Shown: piece after piece, positions 31,807-44,198 of the stretch | Position numbering within the stretch: position 1 is the first letter of the stretch | How the letters are laid out: the number at the start of each line of letters is the position of its first letter | The notes under the pieces: generated by a model | Told to the model about the DNA's origin: nothing | The model's input: only the letters and a program-made list of their open reading frames with translations | Database searches by the model: none | Assembly: GCA_963764725.1 (NCBI GenBank) | Contig: CAVXTM010000011.1 | Coordinates: 160,001-224,000 of the forward strand | From: an uncultured Gammaproteobacteria bacterium | GTDB lineage: Bacteria; Pseudomonadota; Gammaproteobacteria; JACCXJ01 | Reading direction: 5' to 3' | DNA: 64,000 bases | Made by a program: the position numbers and the translations under genes

Positions 31807-33699
31807 TTAGAATGTCATCCGTAGATTGGCAAAGATCCTGTTCTCCGTGAATTCGTTCTCGACAGCATCAGAGCTCGATTCTATGCGCCGGTAACCAATG
31901 GTAGCCAAGAGGCTTCGTCCAAGCCAATGCTGCAGCTGGACACGTAGGTTGATAAAGTCCTCCGATTCGGCGGTCGTCGTGGATTCTGTACCTCCGTCGG
32001 TTGTCGTCCAGCCAAAACGCGCATCGAGGTTCGTTAAGGGGGTAATACGGCGCGTCCAGATCGCCGCTGCGCCGAAAAGGCTTTGGTTCTCCCCGCTTAA
32101 TTGAAAATCGCGGCTTTCGTCAAACACAGAAAGGGTGATCTGATTACGTTCGGTTTGAAAAACCACACCGCTTGACAGACGTCTGCTTACGAAAACCTCG
32201 TTCGTCTGTGTCGGGATACCGCCGTCCGGCAGTACCGGATCCCCGGTTACTGGGTCAACTGGGCTAATATTGATCCCACGTGAAAGAACCGCGCGCTCAA
32301 TCTGTCTATCGCGCACGGTTTCCGCTTCTTCATCGTATCGTAACAGCCAGGTTGTGCGTTTGGTTTGATGGCTTAGGTTAACGGCGTATTGGTTACCGAA
32401 AAATCTTTTACCGTAAGTGGCTTCAAGTGTTGTTCTCGCGGATGGCGTCCAACGCCCGCCAATATTCCAGATAATTGTATTATCTATGGGCTCACTACTC
32501 GCGAAACTATTTTTTTCGTAGCCGAGATCACCCAAGAAGCGAACGGACGGACGATAAACGTACTCCAAACGGCCGACTATCTGCTCAAACTCGGTGGTTT
32601 CCCCGGTATCGTAATCGATCTGTTCATTCTCGTAGGTAAGCGTCCACGGAAACCGCAGGTAGCGGCTACCGCTCCTCACATCAGCGCGGTAAGTCAGTGA
32701 TCGGCTGTCGTCAATACTAATGTCCCCATTGGTATCTGAAGCGCTGACATCATCGTAGGTGAAACGCACCTCGGCGTCCGCGAAATTCCCGAAGCGCCGT
32801 AGCAAGTAAGGGGCTATGCTATAAGTCGTTACATTCTCGCGATCGCCAGTCACATTAATGTTGTCGTCGGCATCATTTAGAGCCGCTGCCGGACCAAAAT
32901 TTGAGAACGCGCCGCGCCCCGTCGTTATTACGTTTTGCTGGGTAAGCGTGGTGTTTGCATCCAAAAATATTAACTGCTCGAATAGCTCCGCATTCAGCGA
33001 TGAAAAAAGCCTATGAAAGGTGTCGTCGAGCTCAGGGTTGCTCGCGTACAAGAGGTGCTGCAAATTGTAATTTAATTCAAAGGCTAATCGCCGCGTGTTA
33101 CCAAGCACTTGAACACCGGGTTTCAATACCGTAACGAAGTCATCCCGCGTCTCAGAACTCGTCAGATCGATATTATCCGTGTATGTCTCGCCAAGCCTAA
33201 ACTCCGGGACAATTGTCCAGCCAGGACGGATGGTGTAGGCCGCATCCGCGTACGCCGGCTGATCGGAGAATTCATCGAATGCTACGGGCGCGGTAATATG
33301 CTTTGGTGTTGCGTCGCGTACTCGGCGCTGGGATCCGACGGTATCCTGTGTTGCCTCGGACTCGGGCTGTGGGCCTGCTGCTGATGCGACGGGGCAATTT
33401 AAGACGAGCAAAATCACGTTGGCTGCGATAATCCCAACACTTTCGCCCACTCTCCGAATACGGCTTGGATAACCGCCTACCACCGGTTTAAAACAAGGAA
33501 TCTCTTCCTTACCTCCTGATTTTTTTTGCCTCCTAGGAAGCGCCATTCGACTGATCACGCGCTCAGGTCCTAGTGGCCTCAGATTTCGCGCATGCTTGTG
33601 GTGGGCCATACCAAACCGGAAAGAAATGCTACAAACGATGGGGTAATGGATTAGGGGCAAGCGCTTCTCAGTTGGATATTTTGCCCATACCGTTCTCAA
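31807..33699 (-). CDS. PEP-CTERM system-associated outer-membrane protein (TIGR03016-like); true start probably downstream
   Basis: ETYTDNI, YGKRFFG, ENRIFANLRMTF; position in operon. Confidence 0.8.
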   Translation of the reverse strand: MRTVWAKYPTEKRLPLIHYPIVCSISFRFGMAHHKHARNLRPLGPERVISRMALPRRQKKSGGKEEIPCFKPVVGGYPSRIRRVGESVGIIAANVILLVLNCPVASAAGPQPESEATQDTVGSQRRVRDATPKHITAPVAFDEFSDQPAYADAAYTIRPGWTIVPEFRLGETYTDNIDLTSSETRDDFVTVLKPGVQVLGNTRRLAFELNYNLQHLLYASNPELDDTFHRLFSSLNAELFEQLIFLDANTTLTQQNVITTGRGAFSNFGPAAALNDADDNINVTGDRENVTTYSIAPYLLRRFGNFADAEVRFTYDDVSASDTNGDISIDDSRSLTYRADVRSGSRYLRFPWTLTYENEQIDYDTGETTEFEQIVGRLEYVYRPSVRFLGDLGYEKNSFASSEPIDNTIIWNIGGRWTPSARTTLEATYGKRFFGNQYAVNLSHQTKRTTWLLRYDEEAETVRDRQIERAVLSRGINISPVDPVTGDPVLPDGGIPTQTNEVFVSRRLSSGVVFQTERNQITLSVFDESRDFQLSGENQSLFGAAAIWTRRITPLTNLDARFGWTTTDGGTESTTTAESEDFINLRVQLQHWLGRSLLATIGYRRIESSSDAVENEFTENRIFANLRMTF

Positions 33700-33861
33700 G
33701 CTATCGATTCTTGTGCCGGTAACCCATCGGTCTTGCAGTACGGCACTTCTGTATTAGGGATTAGTCCAATTCGCCGCCGAGCTATATCCCGGTACTCTGA
33801 TCGCTTGAGCGTAACTAGAAGTTTACTTACTACTCAATAAATTACAAGGTTTTTGTTAGAT

Positions 33862-34743
33862 TTATTCTCGAACACAGCGGACTTTTGCATACTGTTCGTA
33901 ATAAATGGTTTCTGAGCGGTCAAGGCTTTTATTCAAAACGAGACCAATATTCTTTGCAAATTCAATTTGTTTTAGCCCGGTAAGGAGCTCTTTCTCCGTT
34001 GTCTGCTCCTCGTGCACTACAACAACCACCTGCCCCATATGTCGCGCGAGCGCACTCGATTCGCTCGCCGCAAGTAGCGGCGGACTATCAAAGACAAAAA
34101 CGCAATCAGCAAACTGCCGGGCCATCATTTCTAATAGACTGATCATTCGTTGACTTGAAAATAGTTCAGCGACATTCGGCATTCCTGTCCCCGCTGGGAT
34201 GACGTGCAGTCCGCTAATGTTTGTTCCCACTAGAGCATCGAGCACTGTTAGGTTGGGAGTGACAAGTAGATCCGTCAGGCCTAGCTTTGCCTCTATCCCC
34301 AGAATTTCAGCTACGTTGCCTTTCGCAACATCGGTATCAACCAAAACGATTCTGCGGTCAACTTCCATCGCGAGGTTGATCGCAAGATTAACCGCTAAAA
34401 ACGTCTTACCTTCGTCGGTTCGTGAACTTGTAATCATGATCAAATTTCGGCAATGATCATTATGCAACACGTTCATCGTCTCAATCGACCCACTCAATAA
34501 TCGACTCTTTATATGACGTAACTCTAGAGCGATGCGGCTGCTTGGCTCATCGGGCGTTATCATACCCAGTTGCTTGAGCTTGTTAAAATCCAAGCTCGTT
34601 TGCTGTTTTGCAGTGAAGTGCGGCGAAAAATACTCCTCTAGCACAGGTGGGTGGGCGGTACGAGTGAAACCTGCATCTTGAACTACCGCGTCCAAGGCGG
34701 GTTCTTTGAAGAACTCCGAAACGGCTTTTTCGATTAGATTCAT
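33862..34743 (-). CDS. XrtA-associated tyrosine autokinase
   Basis: MNLIEKAV, Walker A EGKTF, FDSPPLL, Tyr-rich tail. Confidence 0.88.
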   Translation of the reverse strand: MNLIEKAVSEFFKEPALDAVVQDAGFTRTAHPPVLEEYFSPHFTAKQQTSLDFNKLKQLGMITPDEPSSRIALELRHIKSRLLSGSIETMNVLHNDHCRNLIMITSSRTDEGKTFLAVNLAINLAMEVDRRIVLVDTDVAKGNVAEILGIEAKLGLTDLLVTPNLTVLDALVGTNISGLHVIPAGTGMPNVAELFSSQRMISLLEMMARQFADCVFVFDSPPLLAASESSALARHMGQVVVVVHEEQTTEKELLTGLKQIEFAKNIGLVLNKSLDRSETIYYEQYAKVRCVRE

Positions 34744-34809
34744 AAGGTCATCTGCGTACCTTAAACAGCCAGGCATTCCCTAACCGAGATTGATATTTCC
34801 GTGAAACTC

Positions 34810-36366
34810 TCATCCGCCAAAACCATATCCCGCTAAATTCATAAGCATATCAACCCTTAGCAAGTACATGGCGTTGAGCGTCACATAAAGCACCAGCAAC
34901 ACACCAATACCGAAAAAGAAAGAAACGTCTACAAACGGCTTGTACGATTTAAGTTTACCGGTTCCAGCGTTGTAAGATACGGTACCGAGTACGGGTATGC
35001 TTACTAGTTTTTCCAACCCCCTACGGGTATAAATCACCGGGTTACTGAGCGCGAGGGCCAACGCCAGCGCCACCCCGGATGCCACCGCGATTGCAAACAC
35101 CGCAGCATTGAAAACCAATCGACGGGGCCCAATCGGAGTCGTCGGTAATCTAGGCCATTCCAAAACCTTTACCTTCCCTTTTGCCGCCTTATCAGATAGC
35201 GTCGCGATCTCTAGCCCTTCCGCGAGCGTTCGGTATTTTCCCCGCTGCACGGTATAGTCTCGATTCAAATTTGCTAATTCCGCTTCGACCTGAGGTATAG
35301 CGATTACGTTTTGCTCCAGGGCATCACGGCGACGCTTATGCTCTGCAACACGCGCTCGTAATGCGGCGGCGTTCGCCTCGGCTTTACTGAGCTGAAGCTT
35401 TAAGCCCTGGTAGGCCGGGTTATAATCGAGAGAGTTTAGGTGTTGTTCGCCGGTGGAAGCTAGATTTCTTGCCTCATCAGAGGTTTTTGCGGTCAATTCG
35501 TCCAGTAACTTTTTGGCGGCGATCACGTCGGGGTGTTTATCCGTAAACTTCAGCTGCAGTTCAGTAAGTTTTGTCTGCTGCGCCTTTAATTGCTCAAAAA
35601 CAGGATTCTGAACACCGCCCGCCTCCAGTGCTTTAAAACTATTCAGCTGAGCCCGAATAGAACTTGCGCTAACTTCTGCCTCATTTAGTTCAAGCACGGC
35701 ATTTCTATATTGATTCCTTCCTTCTTCCAATCTGCCATAGTAGCTTCGCCCATCATCAGGCATCAAACCAATGTTCTTCTGTTTAAATTCTTTGAGCCTT
35801 TGTTCCGCTTCCTGCAGTTTTGTCTCGTTTTCTTTGAGCTGTTTTCTAATAAATCGCTGCGCGGTTTCCGCATCATTTTTGCTCGCTTTGGTGAGCGTTT
35901 CTATAAACATTTGGACCGTAGTCCGCACAATGGAACGCGCTACCCTCGGATCCGTGTGTTGGTACGCGATGTTATAAACACCCTGTTGATCAGCAGGCGA
36001 ATTAATCTCAAATGAGTCTTTTATTTTATTAATCACCGAATCAAATTTCGACAGCGTTACTTTGGTTTTATCGATACCTGCTACTGCCGCCAGCTTCTCC
36101 AAATTTGGCCTAACGAATAACGCGTGACGCATCATGATTGCCATTTCATCGGCTGCAGCGCTTTGAAGGGCAAGATCTTTAAGCAAAGGCTGCAATAGTG
36201 ATGTCTTTTCGATGTAGAGCACAGCTATCGATTGGTACTTGTTTGGAACTATCGCCACGCCAATCCATCCGATTAGACACACAACGAATGCGCAGATCAA
36301 AGCCAGCCAACGATGGCGCCATCCCATCCGTAGATAGGTCTTCGCATCTTCCAACATTTCGTGCAT
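34810..36366 (-). CDS. XrtA-system polysaccharide chain-length determinant
   Basis: Two TM segments, coiled coil, FTDKHPDV, LNRDY. Confidence 0.88.
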   Translation of the reverse strand: MHEMLEDAKTYLRMGWRHRWLALICAFVVCLIGWIGVAIVPNKYQSIAVLYIEKTSLLQPLLKDLALQSAAADEMAIMMRHALFVRPNLEKLAAVAGIDKTKVTLSKFDSVINKIKDSFEINSPADQQGVYNIAYQHTDPRVARSIVRTTVQMFIETLTKASKNDAETAQRFIRKQLKENETKLQEAEQRLKEFKQKNIGLMPDDGRSYYGRLEEGRNQYRNAVLELNEAEVSASSIRAQLNSFKALEAGGVQNPVFEQLKAQQTKLTELQLKFTDKHPDVIAAKKLLDELTAKTSDEARNLASTGEQHLNSLDYNPAYQGLKLQLSKAEANAAALRARVAEHKRRRDALEQNVIAIPQVEAELANLNRDYTVQRGKYRTLAEGLEIATLSDKAAKGKVKVLEWPRLPTTPIGPRRLVFNAAVFAIAVASGVALALALALSNPVIYTRRGLEKLVSIPVLGTVSYNAGTGKLKSYKPFVDVSFFFGIGVLLVLYVTLNAMYLLRVDMLMNLAGYGFGG

Positions 36367-36413
36367 GGTTATTCGTCCAAGCTATACCGCAACAAAAACT
36401 GTCAGAACTACAA

Positions 36414-37139
36414 TCAAAACCAAGCTTCAGGAATGATTAGGACATCGCCGGGGTGCACTCTAACATTGGCACTCATGTCTCCCGTCTGTACAAGGTCTTC
36501 CAATCTGACTATCGTTTCGATCTTTTTGCCATTAACCGTCCTAACGAGTTTGGCGCTATTTCCGTCGGCGAAGGGCGTAAGACCTTGAACGAGGATCATA
36601 ACGTCTAATAAGGTCATATTATTCCGATAGGGTAATGCCTTGGGCTTGACTGCTTCACCGACCACCCTGATCTGTTCGGCGTATTGACCTACAAAACTAA
36701 CGACTGTAACGGTCACGATGGGATCGCGAATATATTCCGCAATCGCTGCCTTAATACCCTGAGCGAGTTGATTGGATGTCTTCCCACTGGCGACGATGTC
36801 CCCTCCAAGGGGCACGGCGATTTTGCCATCCGGCCGCACTGGAATGCCCTTGACCGAGACTTCAGGGTTTTGCCACACAAAGATGTTTAACTCGTCACCC
36901 GGACCGATCAGATACTCATAGTTCCGTTTCTCTGAATCATTTAACGTGATAGCAGATTTCTCAGAAAAAAAACTACAGGATGTAATAAGGACCGCACACA
37001 TAGACGCAACTAAACGAACGAATAATTTATGAAGCAATCGAAAGTACTCTTCGGGTGATGAACCATCAGAACGTCTTGTATTAATCTCGGGGTGGTGTTT
37101 TTTCGGCATGACGGCTATGCTATTTCTGTGGTTAAACAT
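36414..37139 (-). CDS. Polysaccharide export lipoprotein (Wza-like)
   Basis: YLIGPGD, VRPDGKI, PGDVLIIPE. Confidence 0.9.
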   Translation of the reverse strand: MFNHRNSIAVMPKKHHPEINTRRSDGSSPEEYFRLLHKLFVRLVASMCAVLITSCSFFSEKSAITLNDSEKRNYEYLIGPGDELNIFVWQNPEVSVKGIPVRPDGKIAVPLGGDIVASGKTSNQLAQGIKAAIAEYIRDPIVTVTVVSFVGQYAEQIRVVGEAVKPKALPYRNNMTLLDVMILVQGLTPFADGNSAKLVRTVNGKKIETIVRLEDLVQTGDMSANVRVHPGDVLIIPEAWF

Positions 37140-37971
37140 AATGTGTCGAGAGACCGTATCCGTAATAGGATTTTAATGAATCGCTTGCCATAAACATCGA
37201 TCGCCGGGCAGGCTAATCACGAACAACGCGGTGCTCGCTTTTTACAAGAATTTAGTGTACCGAACACCCATTCTCAAGGGATCCTGTCGTCCATGCACGC
37301 CAGAAGAAAACTAGTCTTGAACGCAGACATCTGAAAAATCCCTTTAGAATCTCTCTAGCACTCTTTGCACAAATGACCACTCCAGCCGTTTGCGTCAGAA
37401 TTGGCAAATCCATCATCGGACAATACTACATTTGCTTTTTCACCCGTTCCAAGAACCAGTCCCCGCCGCCGCTTAAATACGTCCTCTTTCAATTCTAAGT
37501 CCGCTCCCCTCCATAGGCAAGCAAACTAAGGACCAGTCACAGAACTCGATGCATTTCCAAGCGGTACGAATATATCGCAGCAGCGGTTCACCACCAAACG
37601 GACCCAATTTGCCGTTCAGACAACCGGGGCCACCTCAAACTATTGCAACATTCCGGAGGTTTCACAGTTGGCGGTTTTATTTGCCGTCCATTAGACGTGT
37701 GCGATCAACGACATTCAATACCCAAAAAAGGCTCCAGTATTTCCGAGTCCCAGCAGGGCCTGGCAGAGGCCTCGAGATTTAGGCGCTAAGCCCACTTGCC
37801 ACGCCGGCGTAGTGAAAGGCCGACTTATCGATAACGCTTGGCCGCCAAGAACGATTCGTCGTGAAATAACAACGCCGCCACCCCTACTAAAGTTCAAGCA
37901 TCGGACGCGGATACATGACAGGATCGAATCGTGTTGTTAGCAAGAGGGGATAGACAGCAAAGAAGTAGAGA

Positions 37972-38066
37972 GCACTGAAAAAGGCAAACCATCTGAAAGG
38001 ATGGCACGCAAAGCTACTGGCCTAAACCCCAATTGTCGGAGGGCATGGTCGCAGGGTTGCCAGGCG
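37972..38066 (+). ncRNA. c-di-GMP-I (GEMM) riboswitch
   Basis: GGCAAACCATCT-GAAA-GGATGGCACGCAAAG...CCTAAA...GGGTTGCC matches the GEMM architecture. Confidence 0.88.
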
Positions 38067-38263
38067 ATCAAACAGTACCTCCTGTGTGTGCTGGGCGTTT
38101 CGCTAGGCGCACATCGACAGTACAAGGAGGTACTGAATGTTTAGTATTACGTCACGCCTCAACATCACCAGAACTTTAGGTTCAATGGTGATGTTGGGAA
38201 TCATGTTATTTTTCTGTAGTACCTACGCCTACGCCGGCCAAGTCTCTTTGGCCTGGGATGCCA

Positions 38264-39649
38264 GAGAAATAGTCAAATGTTGTGTACGGAGCTAGGTTAG
38301 GCGGCGATTCTTTCGGGGTCTTCCCATAGGCCGTCTTTGAAAATAACTCCCTCGATGACTTGAGCGAGGCGGGGAATTCCATACAGTTTCCGCCAATGTC
38401 GCTCGGCACTTTTTACCAACATGAATACCATCGCCAAAATGCTTTCTCGAGACACGCAGCCGCGGGTTTTGTTGGTGCGCAGCCGGACCGTAGCAAAGGT
38501 GGATTCGATCGGATTCGTGGTCCGAAGATGGATCCAGTGCTCTGCCGGAAAATCGTAGAAGGCCAACAGTGACCCCCGATCTTTTTCCAAACACTCCGCA
38601 GCTTTCGGATACTTGGGACGGTAGAGGATCAGAAAGCGATCGAAGGCGCGCTCGGCCTCCTGCCGGGTGGCTGCCATCCAGATCTCCTGCAGCGCCGCCT
38701 TGGCCTTAGGTTGCTGGCTCTTGGGTAGCTTGTTGAGCACGTTGGCAGTCTTGTGTACCCAACAGCGTTGACCACGGGTCATGCCGAAGACTTGCGGTAA
38801 TGCCTTCCAGAATCCCAAGGCCCCATCGCCGGTGGCCAGATGCGGATCGAGCTTCAAGCCACGGGCTTTCAGATCCAATAGCACTTCCCGCCAGGACGCT
38901 TCACTTTCCCGATAGCCATCGGCGAGCGTCACCAATTCTTTCTTACCCTCAGCCGTCGCGCCGATCACCACCAGAATGCACTGGGCCGCATCTTCCAGCC
39001 GTACCCCGAAATGGATACCGTCAACCCATAGATACACATAGCGCCGGTTCGATAGATCGCGCCGTGACCAGCGCGCGTGCTCGTCTTGCCATACCGCCTT
39101 GAGCCGACCGATCGTGCTGGCCGACAAGCCCGGCGCCTCTCGCCCCAACAAAGCCGTCAGCGCCTCCTGAAAATCACCTGTCGAGATCCCCTTCAAGTAT
39201 AACCAGGGCAATAGTTCCTCCAGCGTCTTGGTGCGCCGTATATAGGGTGGCAATATCGAGGAGTTATACCGGATCGTCTTTTCCCGGTCCCGAACCCGCG
39301 GTATTTTCACCTCCACCGCTCCCACACCGGTTTGTATCGTCCGTCCCGGCAGATGACCGTTACGTACCACACGCTGGCGTCCTTCCGCCGTTTCCTGTCC
39401 CATGAAACCTTCCAGAAAAACCGCAACTTCCGCTTCAATCGCAGCCGCTAGCATCCGTTGGGCACCCGCCCGCAGAATCTCTGTGAGCGCATCCGCGACC
39501 GGAGCCGGCGTCCCTGGATTCTTCAACGCAATTACTTTATCTTCACTCATGGCGTATTCACTCCTTTCAGTAGGAATTGATGACCTTGAAGACCATCAAG
39601 AATACGCCGCCTCCTTTACTCCTTCATCCACAACTTTCAATCATAACTC
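38264..39649 (-). mobile_element. IS256-family element, intact (transposase 38297-39550)
   Basis: 9-bp TSD GGGATGCCA; GAG...CTC IRs; WVDG, GDG, QRCWVHK, TTNPIES. Confidence 0.96.
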
Positions 39650-41087
39650 GGGATGCCAACACCGAGCCTGCACTCGGGGGCTATCAACTCCATTACGGCC
39701 AAACTAGCGGTAATTACACCGCTAACGTCGATGTGGGTAACACGACCAGCTACACCCTCGCCAGTCTCCAAGATGGCGCAACCTATTACTTCGCCCTCAA
39801 GGCCCATGATACTACCAGGGCGATCTGGAACGGATTCTCCAACGAGGTCAGTAAAACCATTCCCGTATCGACCATCGCCCCAACGGCGAGCTTTAACGCG
39901 AATCCTACCTCCGGCATGGCACCCTTGACCGTCACCTTCGCCGATACCTCCACCGGTACTATCAGCACCCGGTCTTTGGACTTCGGCGATAGCAGCACGA
40001 GCACCGCCACCTCGGGTGCGAAAACCTATTCGACGCCCGGCCCTTATACCATGAGCTTGACCGTTACAGGTTCCGGGGGCAGCAGCACAGCGACTAAAAC
40101 GATTTCAGCAACCGCCGCAGCGCCCGTCGCTAGTTTCACGGCCAGCCCGACCTCGGGCACGGTTCCCTTAGCGATCAACTTCGCCAACAATTCCACCGGC
40201 AATGTGACCTCCTATTCCTGGAGTTTCGGCGACGGTAGCTCCAGTACCGTTCAGAACCCCACCCATACCTATTACACCGCTGGAACTTATCCAGTGAGCC
40301 TGACCGCAACCGGCCCGGGTGGACCCAGCACCCAGACCCAAACCGGTTATATCACGGTCTCCTCAGTGACAGGAGGAGGAAGTTCCACGGGGCTCGTGGC
40401 CGCTTACAACTTCGAGGAAGCGAGCGGTACGACTGTGGCCGATGCCTCCGGCAAGGGTAACCACGGTACCATTAGCGGTGCTTCTCGTATCAACTCGGGA
40501 CGGTTTGGTAGAGCCCTTTCCTTCGACGGGGTTAATGATTGGGTCACGATCAATGATGCCGCTTCCCTCGATCTCACCAACGGCATGACGCTTGAAGCCT
40601 GGGTCTATCCCACCGTCAACATGACCCAATGGGCAACAGTGATCCTGAAAGAGCAGTCTGGCGGCGGCCTGTACGAGCTCTACGCCAACGGCGACCAGAG
40701 TCAACCTCTGACCTCGGTCACGGTGGCAGGGCAGTATCAAGTGCTCTCCGGCGGGCCCTGGCTGTTCGCCAACCAATGGACCCATCTCGCGGCCACCTAC
40801 AATGGCACCACCGAGCGTCTCTACGTCAACGGCACCCAAGTCGCTCAACAGCCACAAACAGGCCCGATCGAGGTGTCGAGTGGTCCGCTGCGCCTAGGTG
40901 GCAATAGCATCTGGGGCGAGTTCTTCAAAGGCCGTATCGACGAGGTCCGTATCTATAACCGTGCCTTGAGTGCCAAGGAGATCCAAACCGATAGGGACAC
41001 CTCGGTCGCGACCTCCTCGCCCCCGGTCACCTTGGTGGGAACCAAGACCGTTGGGTCGGTGACTGACTCTAACCCCCAGGGTAAGCC

Positions 41088-42604
41088 CTGTCTATTGATC
41101 GGATGTTCTACATAGATCGAGGGCGAGCACGTGCGCCTCGACGCGCTCGGACAATCGAAACAGGCCGTACCAAATTGCTTGCCACCCGGGCCGACCGGAG
41201 CGCTGCGTGTTCATCCAACCGCCAAGCTTGGCGATGGCCCGGTAAGCCCACTCAGCGCTCGGCGGCTGAGCGGGCGGCGCCACTTTGTGGACGGTCATGT
41301 AGAGCACGCACCATTCCGTTGTGGTCAGCATCGTGTCACAGGGCTGCTGGGCCAGTGTGCGTTGGGGCTGTCCTTGCCGAGGCGTCGGCGGGTAGACCAG
41401 CTCTTGGAGCTGCAATAACCGGATTGCCACAAAGGCCAAGATGATCACGCCGCGTTCGAGATTGTTGGCCGAGCGCGGCCGCAGCTCCTCGACACGAGTC
41501 CCGGACTTCCAGGCTTTATGAAAGTCCTCTATCCGCCAACGACGGCTGTAGGTCCACAGAATGTTGAGTGCGTCCTCCCGCGTACTCACCGCTTCAGTCG
41601 TCAGCAGTAGCCACTCCAACGCCTCGACACCCGCGGGCGCAGCTTCTTCTCGGACCAACAACCCATAGCAGCGGATCGTGTCCTGCACACCCATGCGCGC
41701 CGGACAGACAGTCTCCACCGCTTTTGCGCGCAGCGATACTTGCGCGCGCCGCGCCGGTCGGCCACCGCGCTGCGGGATCTCAATCTCTTGCGTGCCCAGC
41801 CACGGCGCCTGCTCCAGCGTGATCCACAATCGCTGCGGAGCGCCCGATACGCTTCGGTCATGTGCAGCGCGCACCACGTAGCGACCACCCACCTGCTGCT
41901 GCCAAAGCAAATACTCGGTGATGTCGGCCTCCCGGTCGCACACCGAAATGACCCCGCCCGTACGGCTTGCCCGGCCCGTTGCCATTTGAAGCTCTCTTTG
42001 TCTTCGTACGCACGGCGCTTGCGCTGGTGCTTCTTGCCATGCTCCTCGACTGCCCGTTTCCAGCGCCGCTGTTCAATCAAACCCACCGTCGCACCACTGT
42101 CGCCATCGAGCAATACCACGCTGTGCACGATGAAACCCTTGTTCACCGCTTGCACATTGTTGCCGGTCGCGCCCAATTCTCCGGCCACGCTGTGCCGGTA
42201 GACCAACGATGTGCTGTCTTCCACCGCTAACAACACCTCGCAGGTGCCCGCACGGCGCACCGTCGCCTGAAATCCGCCTTCGGCTATCGCCCCAGGATCG
42301 ACCTCGTCATTGCGTAACAACCGATACATCCCTTCCGCCGCTGCCTCATCGCCATCACAGGCTTTGAGCAATGACGACCCGGCATGCCGCGCAAGATCCC
42401 CAGCCATCCTCACGAGTCGTGCGCTTCGACGCTTGTCACCCAGATCACTGCTCCCGAAATTCTCCCGCGCCCACTGTTCTGCATCGGTGACTACAAACAT
42501 CGTCTATCCCCCCGCGTGATGATGAAAATAACCGATCCGATCGGCTCACTTCATAAAAGTTCCACCGCGCCGCAGAGAACGCAAAAGATGTGTAGGAAAG
42601 TCAG
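41088..42604 (-). mobile_element. IS4-family IS50/Tn5-like element; transposase frameshifted near 41960
   Basis: Ends CTGTCTATTGATCGGATGT and CTGACTTTCCTACACATCT; CDREADI, YSRRWRIEDFHKAWKSG; 10-bp TSD with one mismatch. Confidence 0.92.
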
Positions 42605-43179
42605 AGGGTAAGGCGGAGGCCTTCCGAACTACCGCGGCAACGACAGGATCGGTAACCAGTCTTTCGGTGTACCTGGATAGCGGTTCAACGGCCACCAAAC
42701 TCGTTGCTGGTCTCTACACGGATAAGAACGGTCATCCGGGCACTCTGCTCAAGCAGGGGACACTGAGCTCACCGGGGAGCGGAGGCTGGAAGAAAGTCTC
42801 CCTTCCTCCGGTATCGATTAATGCCGGTAGCAAATACTGGATCGCGCTACTGGGCACCGGTGGCAAGCTCTGGTTCCGCGATGCGGCCGGTGGCACCAGT
42901 CAACCCAGCGAGACGAGCGCCCAGACGCTCAGTACACTGCCGGGCACCTGGTCGACCGGTACCCCTTCTTCCTCGGGACCGCTGTCAGCGTATGGGGCTG
43001 GATACCCTTAAGCCTGTTCAGCGTGCTTCATAGTGTGACCATGTTGGTTTTTCAATACTGCTGACTTACTGACAAAGCTATACTAAATTACAGGTCCTGG
43101 GAGTAGTACCCGGCCCTGCTTCTTTTCTCTACGACCACGACGAATTCGACACTCCCCTCGGTATCTTAGAGATGCAGTC

Positions 43180-44198
43180 GAGTTATGATTGAAAGTTGTG
43201 GATGAAGGAGTAAAGGAGGCGGCGTATTCTTGATGGTCTTCAAGGTCATCAATTCCTACTGAAAGGAGTGAATACGCCATGAGTGAAGATAAAGTAATTG
43301 CGTTGAAGAATCCAGGGACGCCGGCTCCGGTCGCGGATGCGCTCACAGAGATTCTGCGGGCGGGTGCCCAACGGATGCTAGCGGCTGCGATTGAAGCGGA
43401 AGTTGCGGTTTTTCTGGAAGGTTTCATGGGACAGGAAACGGCGGAAGGACGCCAGCGTGTGGTACGTAACGGTCATCTGCCGGGACGGACGATACAAACC
43501 GGTGTGGGAGCGGTGGAGGTGAAAATACCGCGGGTTCGGGACCGGGAAAAGACGATCCGGTATAACTCCTCGATATTGCCACCCTATATACGGCGCACCA
43601 AGACGCTGGAGGAACTATTGCCCTGGTTATACTTGAAGGGGATCTCGACAGGTGATTTTCAGGAGGCGCTGACGGCTTTGTTGGGGCGAGAGGCGCCGGG
43701 CTTGTCGGCCAGCACGATCGGTCGGCTCAAGGCGGTATGGCAAGACGAGCACGCGCGCTGGTCACGGCGCGATCTATCGAACCGGCGCTATGTGTATCTA
43801 TGGGTCGACGGTATCCATTTCGGGGTACGGCTGGAAGATGCGGCCCAGTGCATTCTGGTGGTGATCGGCGCGACGGCTGAGGGTAAGAAAGAATTGGTGA
43901 CGCTCGCCGATGGCTATCGGGAAAGTGAAGCGTCCTGGCGGGAAGTGCTATTGGATCTGAAAGCCCGTGGCTTGAAGCTCGATCCGCATCTGGCCACCGG
44001 CGATGGGGCCTTGGGATTCTGGAAGGCATTACCGCAAGTCTTCGGCATGACCCGTGGTCAACGCTGTTGGGTACACAAGACTGCCAACGTGCTCAACAAG
44101 CTACCCAAGAGCCAGCAACCTAAGGCCAAGGCGGCGCTGCAGGAGATCTGGATGGCAGCCACCCGGCAGGAGGCCGAGCGCGCCTTCGATCAGTTTCT
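43180..44198 (+). mobile_element. IS256 copy lacking its 3' end
   Basis: Near-identical to 38264-39649 in inverted orientation up to AERAFD; flanked by GATGCAGTC on both sides. Confidence 0.93.

Larger units (their letters stand above)
38137..43011 (+). pseudogene. Secreted FN3-PKD-PKD-LamG protein (paralog A), split by IS256 and an IS50-like element
   Basis: Signal peptide then GQVSLAWDA; frame restored across both TSDs; paralogous to 44458-46458. Confidence 0.88.
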
